Origin: Octopus bimaculoides
Lineage: Eukaryota
Direction of reading: 5' to 3'
Assembly (NCBI RefSeq): GCF_001194135.2
Contig: NC_068987.1
Location: 32,018,221-32,078,583, forward strand
DNA length: 60,363 bases
Shown: piece after piece, positions 1-13,122 of the stretch
Layout of the letters: each line of letters opens with the position of its first letter
Position numbering within the stretch: position 1 is the first letter of the stretch
Position numbers and translations under genes: made by a program
Notes under the pieces: model-generated
Database searches by the model: none
What the model was told of the DNA's origin: nothing
Seen by the model: the letters and a program-made list of their open reading frames with translations, nothing else

Positions 1-215
1 CAGGTGACATCTGGATTATGGGGCGTATGATCATTGAGAGGAAGTAGGAAATCCTGTAGTTACTAGTGACATTCACTCCACAGACTGGTCTTGTTGGTGG
101 TCCCACTACAGGATTAGTTGTTACTTTGTGGTCCTTACGGAGCCCATACATCTGTTTCAACACACGATTTCACATCAAAAATCTTGCAAAACAAATATAT
201 ATATATATATGTATA

Positions 216-251
<36 letters not shown>

Positions 252-605
252 TATAGAATTGGATATATAGAACCTTGTTTATTGCAAGGAACTGCTATCT
301 GACGTTAAGTGCTGCTCTCGGAAGTCTTGTGTATGTGACGTACCCAAGAATATACATAGATATTTCTCGGTTATATTATTGACAGTATAGCGATTTGGGT
401 GAGATCTGCAATCAGAATGTAGAAAGACACATCTGACTATCGTAGTAGATTTAGTCCGATACTTTACCGAGGAAACCAGAGTCAACGATGAAGCATCTAT
501 ATACTAGACCTACCAGGAATAGCAGCTAAATATTCTTCAAATTACATTTTAATGTTTTGAAAAAGGAAGGACACATGGATAATGCAATCTCCCTACCCCA
601 GGAGT

Positions 606-1235
606 TAGGTTAAGAATATAGTTTGTGAAAGGGTATAATATGATATTTAAGGTCAGCGACTCGGATGAGCCTACAAGACTGGTTCTTTGGTAGGCTAAAG
701 TGGGGTGTAGGTGATATTTTATTACAGTAGGCTTAGAAAAGTGGGTAGCTGGGAGAGGACTGAAGATAAAGTAAAGAAAAAGAATAAAGAAAGCTAAAAG
801 TAAAAGTGAAGAAACATAAATGCATAAATAAAGCCAATTAGGCATAGGGTCGGGGTTTAGGATTCGCTAGTTAAGACTAAAGAACAAAGAGAGAAGGGCA
901 GAGATACACAGAATTTAGGGATATTCTGTGGATATAGGTTGAATGTCGAGGGAGGGTACGAAGGTAATTGAATGATAAGTTCTAACTGTTAAGGAATTGT
1001 AGTGTTATGCGCGATTGATTTATCTGGTAAAGTGGAAAGATATAGGGTGTTGCTTTAGGTATGAATTTGTTATATGGGTTAGTGAAGAGCATTTGTAATA
1101 TTTGGACATGTTTACCTAGAGAGGAAGAAGCTGATAATAATAATAGAGTACTACTTAACATTAAAGAGTTCAAAGAAAGAGGGGCTGGTATAATAAACTA
1201 CACCTAATACTGGGATAGAAGAAATACCAGATGGG
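606..1235. repeat. Dispersed ~630-bp repeat, homolog of 49907-50505; probable Penelope-like terminal region
   Basis: Colinear similarity by eye from GGTTAAGAATATAGTTTGTGAAAGGGT to ATAATAAACTACACCTA...AGAAGAAATACCAGA with 49907-50505; that copy lies downstream of a PLE GIY-YIG fragment. Confidence 0.7.
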
Positions 1236-1358
1236 ATGTTTTCATTCTTCTATTTAAAAAATGCGAAAGAAACAGCTGTAATAAGCTGACAACTATCTAT
1301 TGTCTGTTATTATTCATTTGATATATATATATATATATCACTCTTCATATTTTGAAAT

Positions 1359-1491
1359 AGGCGTAGGAGTAGCTGTGTGGTAAGTAGCTTGCTTGCCAAC
1401 CACATGGTTCCGGGTTCAGTCCCACTGCGTGGCACCTTGGGCAAGTGTCTTCTACTATAGCCTCGGGTGACCAAAGCCTTGTGAGTGGATT
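1359..1491 (+). mobile_element. tRNA-derived SINE family A, 5' part (runs into gap)
   Basis: AGGCGTAGGAGTAGCTGTGTGGTAAG head, B-box-like GGTTCAGTCCC, then CCTTGGGCAAGTGTCTTCTACTATAGCC shared with several copies in the window. Confidence 0.85.
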
Positions 1492-2807
1492 NNNNNNNNN
1501 NNNNNNNNNNNNNNNNNNNNNNNNNNNNNNNNNNNNNNNNNNNNNNNNNNNNNNNNNNNNNNNNNNNNNNNNNNNNNNNNNNNNNNNNNNNNNNNNNNNN
1601 NNNNNNNNNNNNNNNNNNNNNNNNNNNNNNNNNNNNNNNNNNNNNNNNNNNNNNNNNNNNNNNNNNNNNNNNNNNNNNNNNNNNNNNNNNNNNNNNNNNN
1701 NNNNNNNNNNNNNNNNNNNNNNNNNNNNNNNNNNNNNNNNNNNNNNNNNNNNNNNNNNNNNNNNNNNNNNNNNNNNNNNNNNNNNNNNNNNNNNNNNNNN
1801 NNNNNNNNNNNNNNNNNNNNNNNNNNNNNNNNNNNNNNNNNNNNNNNNNNNNNNNNNNNNNNNNNNNNNNNNNNNNNNNNNNNNNNNNNNNNNNNNNNNN
1901 NNNNNNNNNNNNNNNNNNNNNNNNNNNNNNNNNNNNNNNNNNNNNNNNNNNNNNNNNNNNNNNNNNNNNNNNNNNNNNNNNNNNNNNNNNNNNNNNNNNN
2001 NNNNNNNNNNNNNNNNNNNNNNNNNNNNNNNNNNNNNNNNNNNNNNNNNNNNNNNNNNNNNNNNNNNNNNNNNNNNNNNNNNNNNNNNNNNNNNNNNNNN
2101 NNNNNNNNNNNNNNNNNNNNNNNNNNNNNNNNNNNNNNNNNNNNNNNNNNNNNNNNNNNNNNNNNNNNNNNNNNNNNNNNNNNNNNNNNNNNNNNNNNNN
2201 NNNNNNNNNNNNNNNNNNNNNNNNNNNNNNNNNNNNNNNNNNNNNNNNNNNNNNNNNNNNNNNNNNNNNNNNNNNNNNNNNNNNNNNNNNNNNNNNNNNN
2301 NNNNNNNNNNNNNNNNNNNNNNNNNNNNNNNNNNNNNNNNNNNNNNNNNNNNNNNNNNNNNNNNNNNNNNNNNNNNNNNNNNNNNNNNNNNNNNNNNNNN
2401 NNNNNAATACCAATAGGTATTTTGTCCGCCACTCGCCAAACCGCCGCTCTTAAATAAATATCAATAATACCTTTTAGATTTATAAACGATATTTTTTCTA
2501 GTCATGGTATCACCGCACTATTTCTAAATTGCTGTACATTAGTAAATTGGGCGTATACATATTGATTTGAAAACTAAATATCATATATCACAAATGATAT
2601 CTATTTTTACATGGCTTGTCATGCAGCTTCTCATATCATTCATTTTTCCAGCGCTCGTTTGCAGTTTAACGTGGATACAGAGCTACACTTAATGCACAAC
2701 CGTCCTTCTCCTGCAGAAAGGCAAATAATACCATCAAATCTACCAATTTGAACTCATCATCGTAAGCCATTGAAACACATCAATTTTAAAATGCTTACTA
2801 TACTTTG

Positions 2808-3239
2808 TGTGGTTTGTTTGTTTGTTTGTTGTTGGCACTTCGTCGCTTACGACGTCGAGGGTTCCAGTCGATCCGATCAACGGAACAGCCTGCTCGTGAA
2901 NNNNNNNNNNCGATCCGATCAACGGAACAGCCTGCTCGTGAAATTAACGTGCAAGTGGCTGAGCACTCCACAGATACGTGTACCCTTGACGTAGTTCTCG
3001 AGGAGATCCAGCGTGACAAGGCTGACCCTTTGGATTACAGGCACAACAGAAACAGGAAGTAAGAGTGAGAGAAAGTTGTGGTGGAAGAGTACAGCAGGGT
3101 TCGCCACCATCCCCTGCCGGAGCTTCGTGGAGCTTTATGTGTTTTCGCTCAATAAACACTCACAACGCCCGATCTGGGAATCGAAACCGTGATCCTATGA
3201 CCACGAGTCCGCTGCCCTAACCACTGGGCCATTGCGCCT
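2808..3239 (-). mobile_element. tRNA-derived SINE family C, near full length
   Basis: Minus strand begins AGGCGCAATGGCCCAGTGGTTAGGGCAGCGGACTC (A box TGGCCCAGTGG), has B-box-like GGTTTCGATTCCC, and ends in an (AAAC)n tail at ~2808-2830. Confidence 0.85.
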
Positions 3240-3892
3240 CCACACTTTGTGTGGTAACTAATATCAATATCTGCCACCGATTTACATTTAGATTGCTTTT
3301 GTTGTTATTGACCCTAGAATATTCTTGAGCTGTCTTATCATCAAAGATGTTCTACTAATGACCATCCTGTCTTTCGTTTTTTTTTTTCGGATTATATCAT
3401 CGAAAACAATGGTTCTCAACCATTTTTTATCTATGGGCCCCTTTGACTACTATTTTACTAGGACGGAACCTCAGAATCATTGGATGTTTAAAAATTAATT
3501 TTATAGATACTTCTTTTAAAATTCCTATTTTGTTTTTTCACTCATTCACTTGTTTAGCTTTGCAATAGCGCTGTCAGAGAGAACATGTTTCAGTGCCCTG
3601 AAACATGTTAAACTAAGTAAAACGTTAGAGAAATAAATATTGCTGTTTTTCACAATAAATACATCTAAAACAATATTCTTTCATGAACCCTAAAATTCTA
3701 CTGCTTTAGCATCATTTTCTCGTCCTTGAAAGCCTTTAACAGAGCTCTTTGCTGCAAGTATTGAGCCAGATCATCAGACTCAAGTTAAACTCATGCATTG
3801 TGATTTTTTCTTCCCCTACTTGAGTATGGGAAACCCAGAGGTAGAACATGGGCATTACCCTTCATGACATCGGCCTTAAAATATATACATAC

Positions 3893-4280
3893 AGGTATGT
3901 AAGAAATTTGCCTCCCAAACCACATAGCTCTAGGTTCGATCCCACTGTGTGGCATCTTGGATATAGCCCGGGGCCGACCAAAGCTTTGTATGCGGATTCG
4001 GTTCTTGCTGACGGAAACTGAAAGAACTTCGTATAGATGTGTGTGTTTGCGCGCGCGCACCCTGTTTTTTTGTTTGTGCCCAAAACCACCGCTTGACAAC
4101 CATAGTTGTTTTGTTTACGTCCCTGTAACTTAACGGTTCGGCAAAAAGATGTAATATGTGCCAGGCTTGACAAATAAGTCCTGGGTCGATTTGTTCGACT
4201 AAACCCTTCAAGGCGGTGCCCCAGTATGGCTGCAGTCTAATGACTGAAACAAGTAAATTATAACAGATTAAAGATAAAGA
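3893..4280 (+). mobile_element. SINE family A, degenerate full-length copy
   Basis: GGTTCGATCCCACTGTGTGGCATCTTGG, GGAAACTGAAAGAA, internal (GT)n, 3' GGCGGTGCCCCAGTATGGCTGCAGTCTAATGACTGAAACAAGTAA. Confidence 0.8.
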
Positions 4281-5227
4281 CACTTACATCGTAGCTCACT
4301 TTTAAACAATAATATTTCATACGGACGAATCGACGGGAGTTTTCAATTTAAATATCATTAGCTTCATACACGTTAATATCAATTAAAAATATATTCATCA
4401 GCCTCAAAAATCTCATTAACTGACAAAAGAGAATTATCGTTGCTACCAATTTTAAGTGACGCCCACGAATGTTGGCCTTTTAGAATAAACACAAACATGT
4501 AAATGCGGTTTAGTTTATGTAACCAGCGGACAAAGGGAACTTGCCGATATTAACAAATATAAACATAATATAATATAAAGAAAGATGAAAATTGAATTGA
4601 TTATTCATTTATGTAGTTTTATAAAATTTGATTTTAAGAATTGAAAATTTTTTCAAGAACGTTAAGCATTTAAAAAAAAATTATATAGATTGAATTTTTA
4701 ATGTTACTACTTGATTTTTAATTGTAAAGTGTTTTAATATTTTTTCTGTTCGTAGTGATATCTTTCCGCTCGGTTTCGATGTTTATTTTATAGATCAACA
4801 TAATCAATCAATGAATCGCTTGTGGTAGGTTAATTTAGAGGCCAAGAGAGTCAAAGATCGATACGGATAACACTTTGTGGCAAAAATTGATACGTACTAA
4901 ATGAAAAATAAGATAATTAATAATTTGGTTGTTATTAAGATAATAATGTAGAAAAACGACGTAGTGGTAACATCAATCAACACTACAGAGATTGTGGTTA
5001 ATACCGTTTTGACACCCCCACATGCACTTGAGTGCCTTTTATGGATTCCGCTCTGTTGCAAACATTTGGGCCAAATTTTGGTCGCATTATATATATATAC
5101 ACACACATATATATATATATTGTTTTGTTTGACTCCTCCCACCATTAACGGGAATTCAGTAATGGGTCAAGAACGATGCTTTCCTTCCTCTGACAAAATA
5201 AAAAATGGAAGCAATATTAACGTCTTG

Positions 5228-5605
5228 AAAAACGGCGAACTGGCAAAACCGTTAGCACGCCGGGTGAAATGCTTAGCGGCATTTCGTCCGTCTTCATGCT
5301 CTGAGTTCAAATACCACGTGGTCTTTGCCTTTCATCCTTTCCGGGTTGATGAAATAAGTACTAGTTGATTACTGGAGTCGAATCAATCCACTTACCCCAC
5401 TCCACGAAATTGCTGGCCTTGTGCCAAAATTTGAAATCAGTGTTAACGTCTCGCAAGATGGCGAGCTGGCAGAATTTTTACCACACCGGGCAAAAGGCCT
5501 GTCTTTATATTCTGAATTCTAATTCCGTCGTGATCGACTTTAGGGTCAGTATAATAGACTCGCCCCCTCCCCCGAACTTGCTGACTTTGTGCCAAAATTT
5601 GAAAC
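5228..5605 (+). mobile_element. Two head-to-tail SINE family B copies
   Basis: Both begin GGCGA(A/G)CTGGCA and end GTGCCAAAATTTGAAA; separated and flanked by a triplicated 16-bp motif. Confidence 0.8.
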
Positions 5606-6328
5606 TAATATTAACGTCTTGCTAACAAAAAAAAAAAATGGCACAGCAAATAAAAAATATGACAAATGATTCATTTCGAATGTAAACATTAAATATAATA
5701 CTTTCGGATTTCAGATTCAATACGTTATAAATTGATGTGAGAGTGTTTGGTTTACATTACTTAATCTGCGAAAGAGAGACAGGTTTAATATCCATAGATG
5801 TTGCCCCATCAGAATAATGAAGTCGATGTTTGATGCTCAACAGCAATTGCTACAGGGTGCTGTGTGTGGTTTAAACGTAGACAGAAGATAAGATTCCTAC
5901 AGTTAAGGAGATAGGCACCAGAATTTAATACAAAATTTACTGAACGAGATATAAAAATGACCAAGAGAGCAGGAGTGATGGATCGATTGAATATGATTGA
6001 TTGGGTGTTGTACACAATTGGAGTAAATAAGATTGGACGAGGGTACACAACTAGTACACGGCTAGAGTAGGTATGATTGGCTGGGTATAGTAGATAGTTG
6101 TCAAATTCTAAAAGCAGAAACTGCTGAATCAGGAATAGAAGAAACAGGGAGAGGAAACGTTTTTAATTATTAGTGTTCGTTGTTGTATCTTCATTAAGCA
6201 ATTAATTGGAATTTTCCTGGATGTCGTTCAGATTGTTTGTGTTACAATTTCTTAATACTTTACATGCTTCATTCTAAAACTATCAGCTACTGCCTTAAAT
6301 TACACTCCACAATCTTAAAAGGAGACGG

Positions 6329-6329
<1 letters not shown>

Positions 6330-6391
<62 letters not shown>

Positions 6392-6432
6392 CATACACAC
6401 ACACACACACACACAAATACATATATATATGT
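6330..6432. repeat. (CA)n/(TA)n microsatellite
   Basis: Directly visible. Confidence 0.95.
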
Positions 6433-6659
6433 ATAAAGGCGGAATGTCACGGATGGAACGCCAGTAATAATAGATCTGCTTAATCAGGTATGACCTGAAC
6501 TAAACACCATCAACTACCAATTTCTCCATCCACCCAGTTACATTACTCCTGTTATTACTCTATGATATGGCCTAGCCAACGCATCTTCCTCAGAACTACT
6601 TCACAGAATATATTTCTTACCCATTCACCCATGTCGCAAGCCCATATAAAAGCAGCAAG

Positions 6660-6788
6660 TCTGAGAGGTTACAAAGTTCGCTTTATTATCACAAGGTCCT
6701 GGGTTCGATTCCACCGCATAGCATCTTTAGCAATTTTCCTTCACCATAGACTCAGGTTGACCCAATCTTAGGAGTGAAATTGAGTAGA
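6660..6788 (+). mobile_element. SINE family A, degenerate 5' fragment
   Basis: CCTGGGTTCGATTCCACCGCATAGCATCTTTAGCAA matches the family A head. Confidence 0.6.
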
Positions 6789-7585
6789 CACATGTTTTAT
6801 CGTGATGACATTTGAATTCCAAAGACTCAATAATTAGTACAAAGGATATAAGTCCAAAATCCGACCATTTTTTATTATTTCTCGTCTTTCTACTCGCCAA
6901 CATAATGAATTTTTTCAATTGGTTAGAGGCCGAAAATCTGAAAGGCGAGTCATAAATTAAACTCTCCGAGATTTTAAACTCAATGCTCTACTATTTCTGT
7001 TACTCCACCAGCCTGTCCAATTAGCACTAATTAAGATCACTTCTCGCCATCTTAGTGATTGCTATAACATTAACTTACCTATGTTTTCTTGTACTTTACT
7101 GAAAGAATCTCTTCAAACTTTCCAGGATCCACCAACCTGCAACTTTTCATCTAAGATGGTGAAGTAACAAGCAGTTATACAGATAAAATTTCCATATTGT
7201 TAACGTAATCGCTTGATTTGCTAGAAACGCTAGCCTAATCTCTTTCAAATCACATCGCAAACGGAGTCGGACACATTGAATGATAAATCCTAGATATACT
7301 ATAATCTTACAATAAGGATCATGAGTTCGTTCGTTCGTTCGTTCGCTCAAGATCGAGATTGAATGACGATAAAAACTTAATAACTTACTCCAACCACCAA
7401 GGCAATTGATTTTTATAAGATTTCCCTCCTTTACTAAAAAATTGAGCTCGGCTAAGATAACTTCTAATTCCACCAAGCACTTCAGATTTTATCTCTTTAC
7501 TGGAATCTGACGAAAATACCTGACAAGGTGTCCTATTTCCAATATTAGGGGAGGGGTGGGGAGGAGGGGAGGAGGAGGAGGAAAA

Positions 7586-7633
<48 letters not shown>

Positions 7634-9337
7634 NNNNNNNNNNNNNNNNNNNNNNNNNNNNNNNNNNNNNNNNNNNNNNNNNNNNNNNNNNNNNNNNNNN
7701 NNNNNNNNNNNNNNNNNNNNNNNNNNNNNNNNNNNNNNNNNNNNNNNNNNNNNNNNNNNNNNNNNNNNNNNNNNNNNNNNNNNNNNNNNNNNNNNNNNNN
7801 NNNNNNNNNNNNNNNNNNNNNNNNNNNNNNNNNNNNNNNNNNNNNNNNNNNNNNNNNNNNNNNNNNNNNNNNNNNNNNNNNNNNNNNNNNNNNNNNNNNN
7901 NNNNNNNNNNNNNNNNNNNNNNNNNNNNNTATTTAGATTTCAGAAGTAAAGTTCATTGATGTCTTTTTTTCTTGTTTTAATCTGTTGCTTTCTTTTTATG
8001 TAGAAATATAATAAAGCATAGCAAGTTGTTACGTCTATAGATGGGAGACTAAACCTGCGGCAGTAAAACTGCATTTAGAGAAGAAGACAAAGAAACAGAC
8101 AGCCACAGTAGGAACAAAATGTTTAAAGAAACGTAGTTGTTTCCGTTCTGTCTTTATATGCTCATAAAATCCGAAATTCAAGGAAACTTGTTTTCCGTTG
8201 GTAAGAATAATAAAATACAAGTGAGCTTGTAGGTTCAATAAGTTTGGCTACTATGAGGAATGGAAAGATTTGACGTTTCGAAGAAATGTAGCTATACTTG
8301 AGTTATTTGGCTTTTCTTTTAATCGGCAAGCTGCTAAATTTGAAGATCCATTTCCACAGATGGTCAAAATGGGATTTGCAGCTTGTCTAAATTTATGCAG
8401 CGGATAACATTTTACCTTCATAATGGGGAATCATTGTAAAGATCTGAGATGGGCAAATAATTGTTGTTATTCTTCTGACTTCTTGCTCGCGTTATGCATA
8501 TAACAGCGACTGTCCGGTACGGCTTTCCTTTATACATGTGTAGCATTGAGGGCCACACATCTTGACATTTTTCAGTTTCTGCTGGAGCGGGAAATTTAAG
8601 TCTCCTTTCCTTGAGAGAAACGCATTTATACTCAATGGCTTTTTTTCAGGGTTAGTTTTTCCCTCCTCACTAAGCGACATAACACCTAGTCTTACAATAT
8701 CATATAGTGTACTGGGAGTGGGAACGTTCCCTTTCAGATCTTGCACCAAATGAACGGTCCACTGGTTTACTGCCAAAGTTGTTATGGTAGTTTTTTTTAA
8801 TGTTATTTTTGTTTCTGTTGTTTTCCGCACAGTTTCTGTTGTTGTCGTTGTTTTTCACTCTTGTTGTTCACGTTAACGTTGTTGTTGTTGTTGTTGTTAT
8901 TGTTATTGTTGTTGCTGTGGCTTGTATTTTTGTAGGTGCTGCTGTCGTCATGGCAACAAGGCGAAATTTCATCACTTTCAGTCGATAAGCTTATTTCAGC
9001 TCCAACTCGCCTGCCATTGACATTATGTTCTGTTGTCATGGTTACATTGGGAGTTAAAACTATGTCGACAAAACGCTGTTCACGGTCGATTATTATCATT
9101 ATTTTGTTGTATCCTGACATTTTTAAAATTGGGGGAAAAAATGATAACTCTTTGTTTCCAAAAAAAAAAATGCAAAATAAATATCAATAAAAGGGGACGT
9201 AACTGAACAGAATTGTTACCACCATCATCATACAATGTAAATAACAATTGAGTCAACGAGCTTTCACCAGGCGATCCAATTGATAAAACTCCTACAATTA
9301 CGGTGCTCCAAGTTCCGAGACTTCACGGTATGGCGAC

Positions 9338-9371
<34 letters not shown>

Positions 9372-9427
9372 GATAGATAGATAGATAGATGGATGTCTCT
9401 CTGTCTCCACACCTTTTTCCCCTTTTT

Positions 9428-9578
9428 TTAAGAAGTACACTTTCCAACCACATGATTCTGGGTTCAATCCACTGCATGACATCTTGGGCAAGTGTCTGTT
9501 ATTATAGCTCCGGGCCGAACAAAATTTTGTAAGTGAATTTGCTAGATGGAAACTGAAAGAAGTTCGTCGTGTGTATAT

Positions 9579-9635
<57 letters not shown>

Positions 9636-9985
9636 CNNNNNNNNNNNNNNNNNNNNNNNNNNNNNNNNNNNNNNNNNNNNNNNNNCGCGTGCGTGCGTGT
9701 GTGTGTATGTGTGTGTGTATGTGTGTGTGTAACTGCATTTGTGTGTGTAAGTGGGTTTGTACGTTTGTGTGTGTGTGTGTCTGTTTTTTTGTTCCCTTTC
9801 ACCACTTGATAGCCACTGCTGCTTTGTTTACATCCTCATAAATAGCGGTTCGACAAATAGACGATCGAATTAGTACCAGGCCAATTTTTTTAAATGAGTT
9901 CTAGTTTCGATATATTCGACTAAGCTCTTCAAAACGGTGCTCCAGTATGGCCGCAGTCCAATGACTGAAACAAGTAAACAATAAC
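9428..9985 (+). mobile_element. SINE family A with expanded internal (GT)n
   Basis: CCAACCACATGATTCTGGGTTCAATCC...CTTGGGCAAGTGTC...GGAAACTGAAAGAAG...(GT)n...CAGTATGGCCGCAGTCCAATGACTGAAACAAGTAA. Confidence 0.85.
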
Positions 9986-10186
9986 GGATAGAAAATATAT
10001 ATGTGTATGTATCTCTATCCCCCACTGTCTCTCTCTGTCTCTTTCCCTCTGTATTTCTCTCTCTCTCACTCACTCACTCACTAACTCTCTCTCTCTCCAC
10101 TCACACACACACACACACACAGGTGAGCGCATAAGTGTAAAACAACGTGGAAAAAATAGTACTCGAATACCAAAGGTAGAGTAATA

Positions 10187-10328
10187 TGCGAAATTATCAC
10201 CAAACTTTCACTCAGTTTCACGTTCCCGTTCGTCGACGAGTTGTGACGAAAACTTTTTCATCAAACTTTTTCAATTGCCCGACGAACGGGAACGTGAAAC
10301 TGAGTAAAAATTTTGTGATAATTTCGCA
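10187..10328. repeat. 49-bp inverted repeat, each arm carrying a degenerate minimal hammerhead-like motif
   Basis: 10187-10235 is the near-perfect reverse complement of 10280-10328; the right arm reads CCGACGA-ACG(GGAA)CGT-GAA-ACT(G)AGT-A. Confidence 0.75.
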
Positions 10329-10443
10329 GCTTTAATAAAAGTATATATAGAGAGAGAATGATAGAGGGGGAGGAAGAGAGAGAAAGAGGAAGAGAGAGGA
10401 GTGAGAGAGAGAGATGTATCAAGTGCGGGCGTTACAGCGTATG

Positions 10444-10518
<75 letters not shown>

Positions 10519-12895
10519 CGAGATTATTTACTATAAACAGTATTATTTCGTTTCTGCTAACCTTTATTTTAGCACCTTCAAATATGCGGCTGCCAAATGT
10601 TTATAATCAAAAATTACTAGTAATCTGTTGACTCGTGTTGTGTTGTTTCCTGATGCAGCTTCATGGAAGAAGCAGGTAATGCAGCGTTCATCTTTCTGCC
10701 TGTCAGAGCAATTCAACGAATTATATTTAAGAAAATCTTTTTAATATATTTTTCAATCATTGATTTCATGGAAACTTTGATTGACGAACAGGTTTTATGT
10801 TGTCGTTTATGATTTTGTTTTTGCTCGCTGTTTTTCGCTGTAACAATATGAGCTGGAAATAGGTTTGCGTTTATCATCGATTTATTCATATTACGTTCAT
10901 GATGTTAAATGGGTGTGGGTAGTTTCGGTTTAAAGCTTAGTGGTGGAGAGTGACGCTGTGCACTGAAGGGGCTCAACGTTGGCGCGTGTTGTTGCTGTTT
11001 TTACTGCTGCTGCAGCTGTTGATGTTCTTTAGCTTCAGATCAACTCCAGTTGCGTAGGCACATAAGGTGAAGACACTCCAACTGTGACTATTCCGTACTT
11101 TTTTAGAGGTATCTAGAACCATATTATCTGATATGCCCTTTCTTTTCTTTCTTTCTTTCTGTTTTTTCGACAGGTCGGTGTGACTTGTTGTTGATGGGTA
11201 AGTAACTGTAAGGTGATGGTTGTGATGGTGGTGGTGAGGGAACCGGTGGTGGCCATGGTGACGGTGGTCGTGGTAGTAGTGACGATAGTGGCAGCAGCAG
11301 TGATGATTATTATGGTGCTGCTAAAATGGACAAAGATGGACACGGGAGTAATGTCATCATGATCCAGCATCCACTGGGGAATTTGTCCGAAACACTCGTT
11401 AATTCTACAGGGGTCGCACAGCCTACTGCAGTTAACTAATTTCTAATGGGTGTAATGGGTGCCTTTTTCGTGCCATCGGCATGGGTACCAGTTACGTGAC
11501 ACCAGCATCGGTCACGACTACGATCTCGTTTGGCTTGACGAGTCTTCTCAAGCACATCTCCAAGAAATTTAGTACCATATTTAAGCATCTAGATCGGCGG
11601 TTGCAAACCTCGGATCTGCAGATCTTTGGAATTCATAATGGTAGTACTGGAGGTCCGTGAGCTAAGATCAAAATTTAAGTAAACGTCCAAAATTCAAGAG
11701 ACTATAGTAAAATTCGTTTAAATAAGAATTCTTGGAAATGAAAAGATTGGTAATTACTGATCTTGATGAACAAACCAGTACTTTGAATAATGCAATACTA
11801 GATTAGTTCTTGCTGAAAACAAGAGACAGCAGTCAAGTCTAGAAAATGTTTGATCATATATCAGCAGATTCAGGGTTGAACAACAAAAACCAAAGCTAGG
11901 TTAACTGAGGCAATGTAGGATAAAATGTTGTACCCAAGCATATAACAACGATTTAAACATACCCCTGAAATATAAGCGATAATGAGATTTGCCTCACAGA
12001 TACAGAACATATCTACAAGGATTTGAACTGGTGACGTTAGAATATGTAACCCAATATCAAATCAAATCACCCGTTTTATGAGTGTAGATACTAGTTTATA
12101 CTGCAAGCTGGGTACGAAACCATGCCGTTCAGCCAGCAATCTTAGGTTCTATCAAAAAACAAATGGACAACTCTAGCATAACAGGATATACTGGATGAAT
12201 TTACGTAATAGACAAGCAGACAGAATCACTGCTGCATGAGAATGAAAAATTATAGATGAGCAAGCAATTTCAGAAAAAAAAAGAACAAATCTGAAAACAG
12301 ACAAACAACAACAAAGCCATCTAACAAAAATAAAAAAAGAATAACCAACGAATTCGCAAATGAATTGACGATAACTCTTGGTGGCGCTTCAACAGACCGT
12401 TAGAAAACAGCAGTGGAAACTATAGTAATGAATACGCTTCAATGCATAAAAAATTAGATAAAATACTGCCTGAAGATCAAAAGGAAACTGAAGTTGCGAA
12501 GAAAAGAATTCATTTTAAATTGGTTAAAAATATTTGCAGTTACCGTTGAAATTCCATGATTGTTTTGAAATCTGAAAGATTCTTGAAAATCATGAAATAC
12601 AGAATTGTATATTTTTAAGCGCTAAATTTTTGAAATGGCATAAATTTAATGCAAACAGTTTGAAAATGCGGTCTTAAGGGTGAATATCTTTGAAAACTAT
12701 ATTCTTTGTTATACACTCTTCACTTCTTCTACCTTTAGAGTTGTTACATATTATTTTTATCTTTACATCAAGAAGTTTCGGTAAATATATGGAACGATAT
12801 TTAATACATGGTCAGAACTAATTACAATAACCAACATATTTTGGTTAGATTACATTGCTTGTAATGTAATTTAAACTCCTCTACAATGAGATCAA

Positions 12896-13122
12896 TTGGT
12901 TTCAAAGTTTGGCTCAAGGCCATCAATTTCGAAGGAGGGAATAAATCGTTTACATCGACTGCAGTGCTTAACTGGTACTTATTTCATCGCCCCACCCCCA
13001 CAAAAAAGGACGAAAGGTTAAGTTAACCTCTGCGGAATTTCCACTCAGAAAATAAAGATAGATGAAATGCCTGTAAGCATTTTCTCCGGTATGCTAACGA
13101 TTCTGTTAGCTCGCCGCCTTAA
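12896..13122 (-). mobile_element. SINE family B
   Basis: Reverse complement reads TTAAGGCGGCGAGCTAACAGAATCGTTAGCATACCGG...GCCAAACTTTGAAACCAA. Confidence 0.85.

Noticed and set aside
1310-2453. Long ORFs spanning N-runs (also at 7.6, 13.2, 23.3, 31.2, 43.7, 48.2, 53.5 and 55.0 kb)
   Set aside because: Open only because N contains no stop codons.
2869-2942. 32-bp direct repeat inside the SINE
   Set aside because: Identical copies sit on either side of a 10-N gap; this is an unresolved contig overlap (assembly artefact).
3583-3610. Perfect 12-bp hairpin AACATGTTTCAG/CTGAAACATGTT
   Set aside because: No ribozyme core nearby; lies within a probable hAT-like MITE relic (3408-3690) whose ends I could not define.
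11590-12700. Possible hAT transposon relic
   Set aside because: The TIR-like start is suggestive, but I found no partner TIR, TSD or convincing transposase motif.
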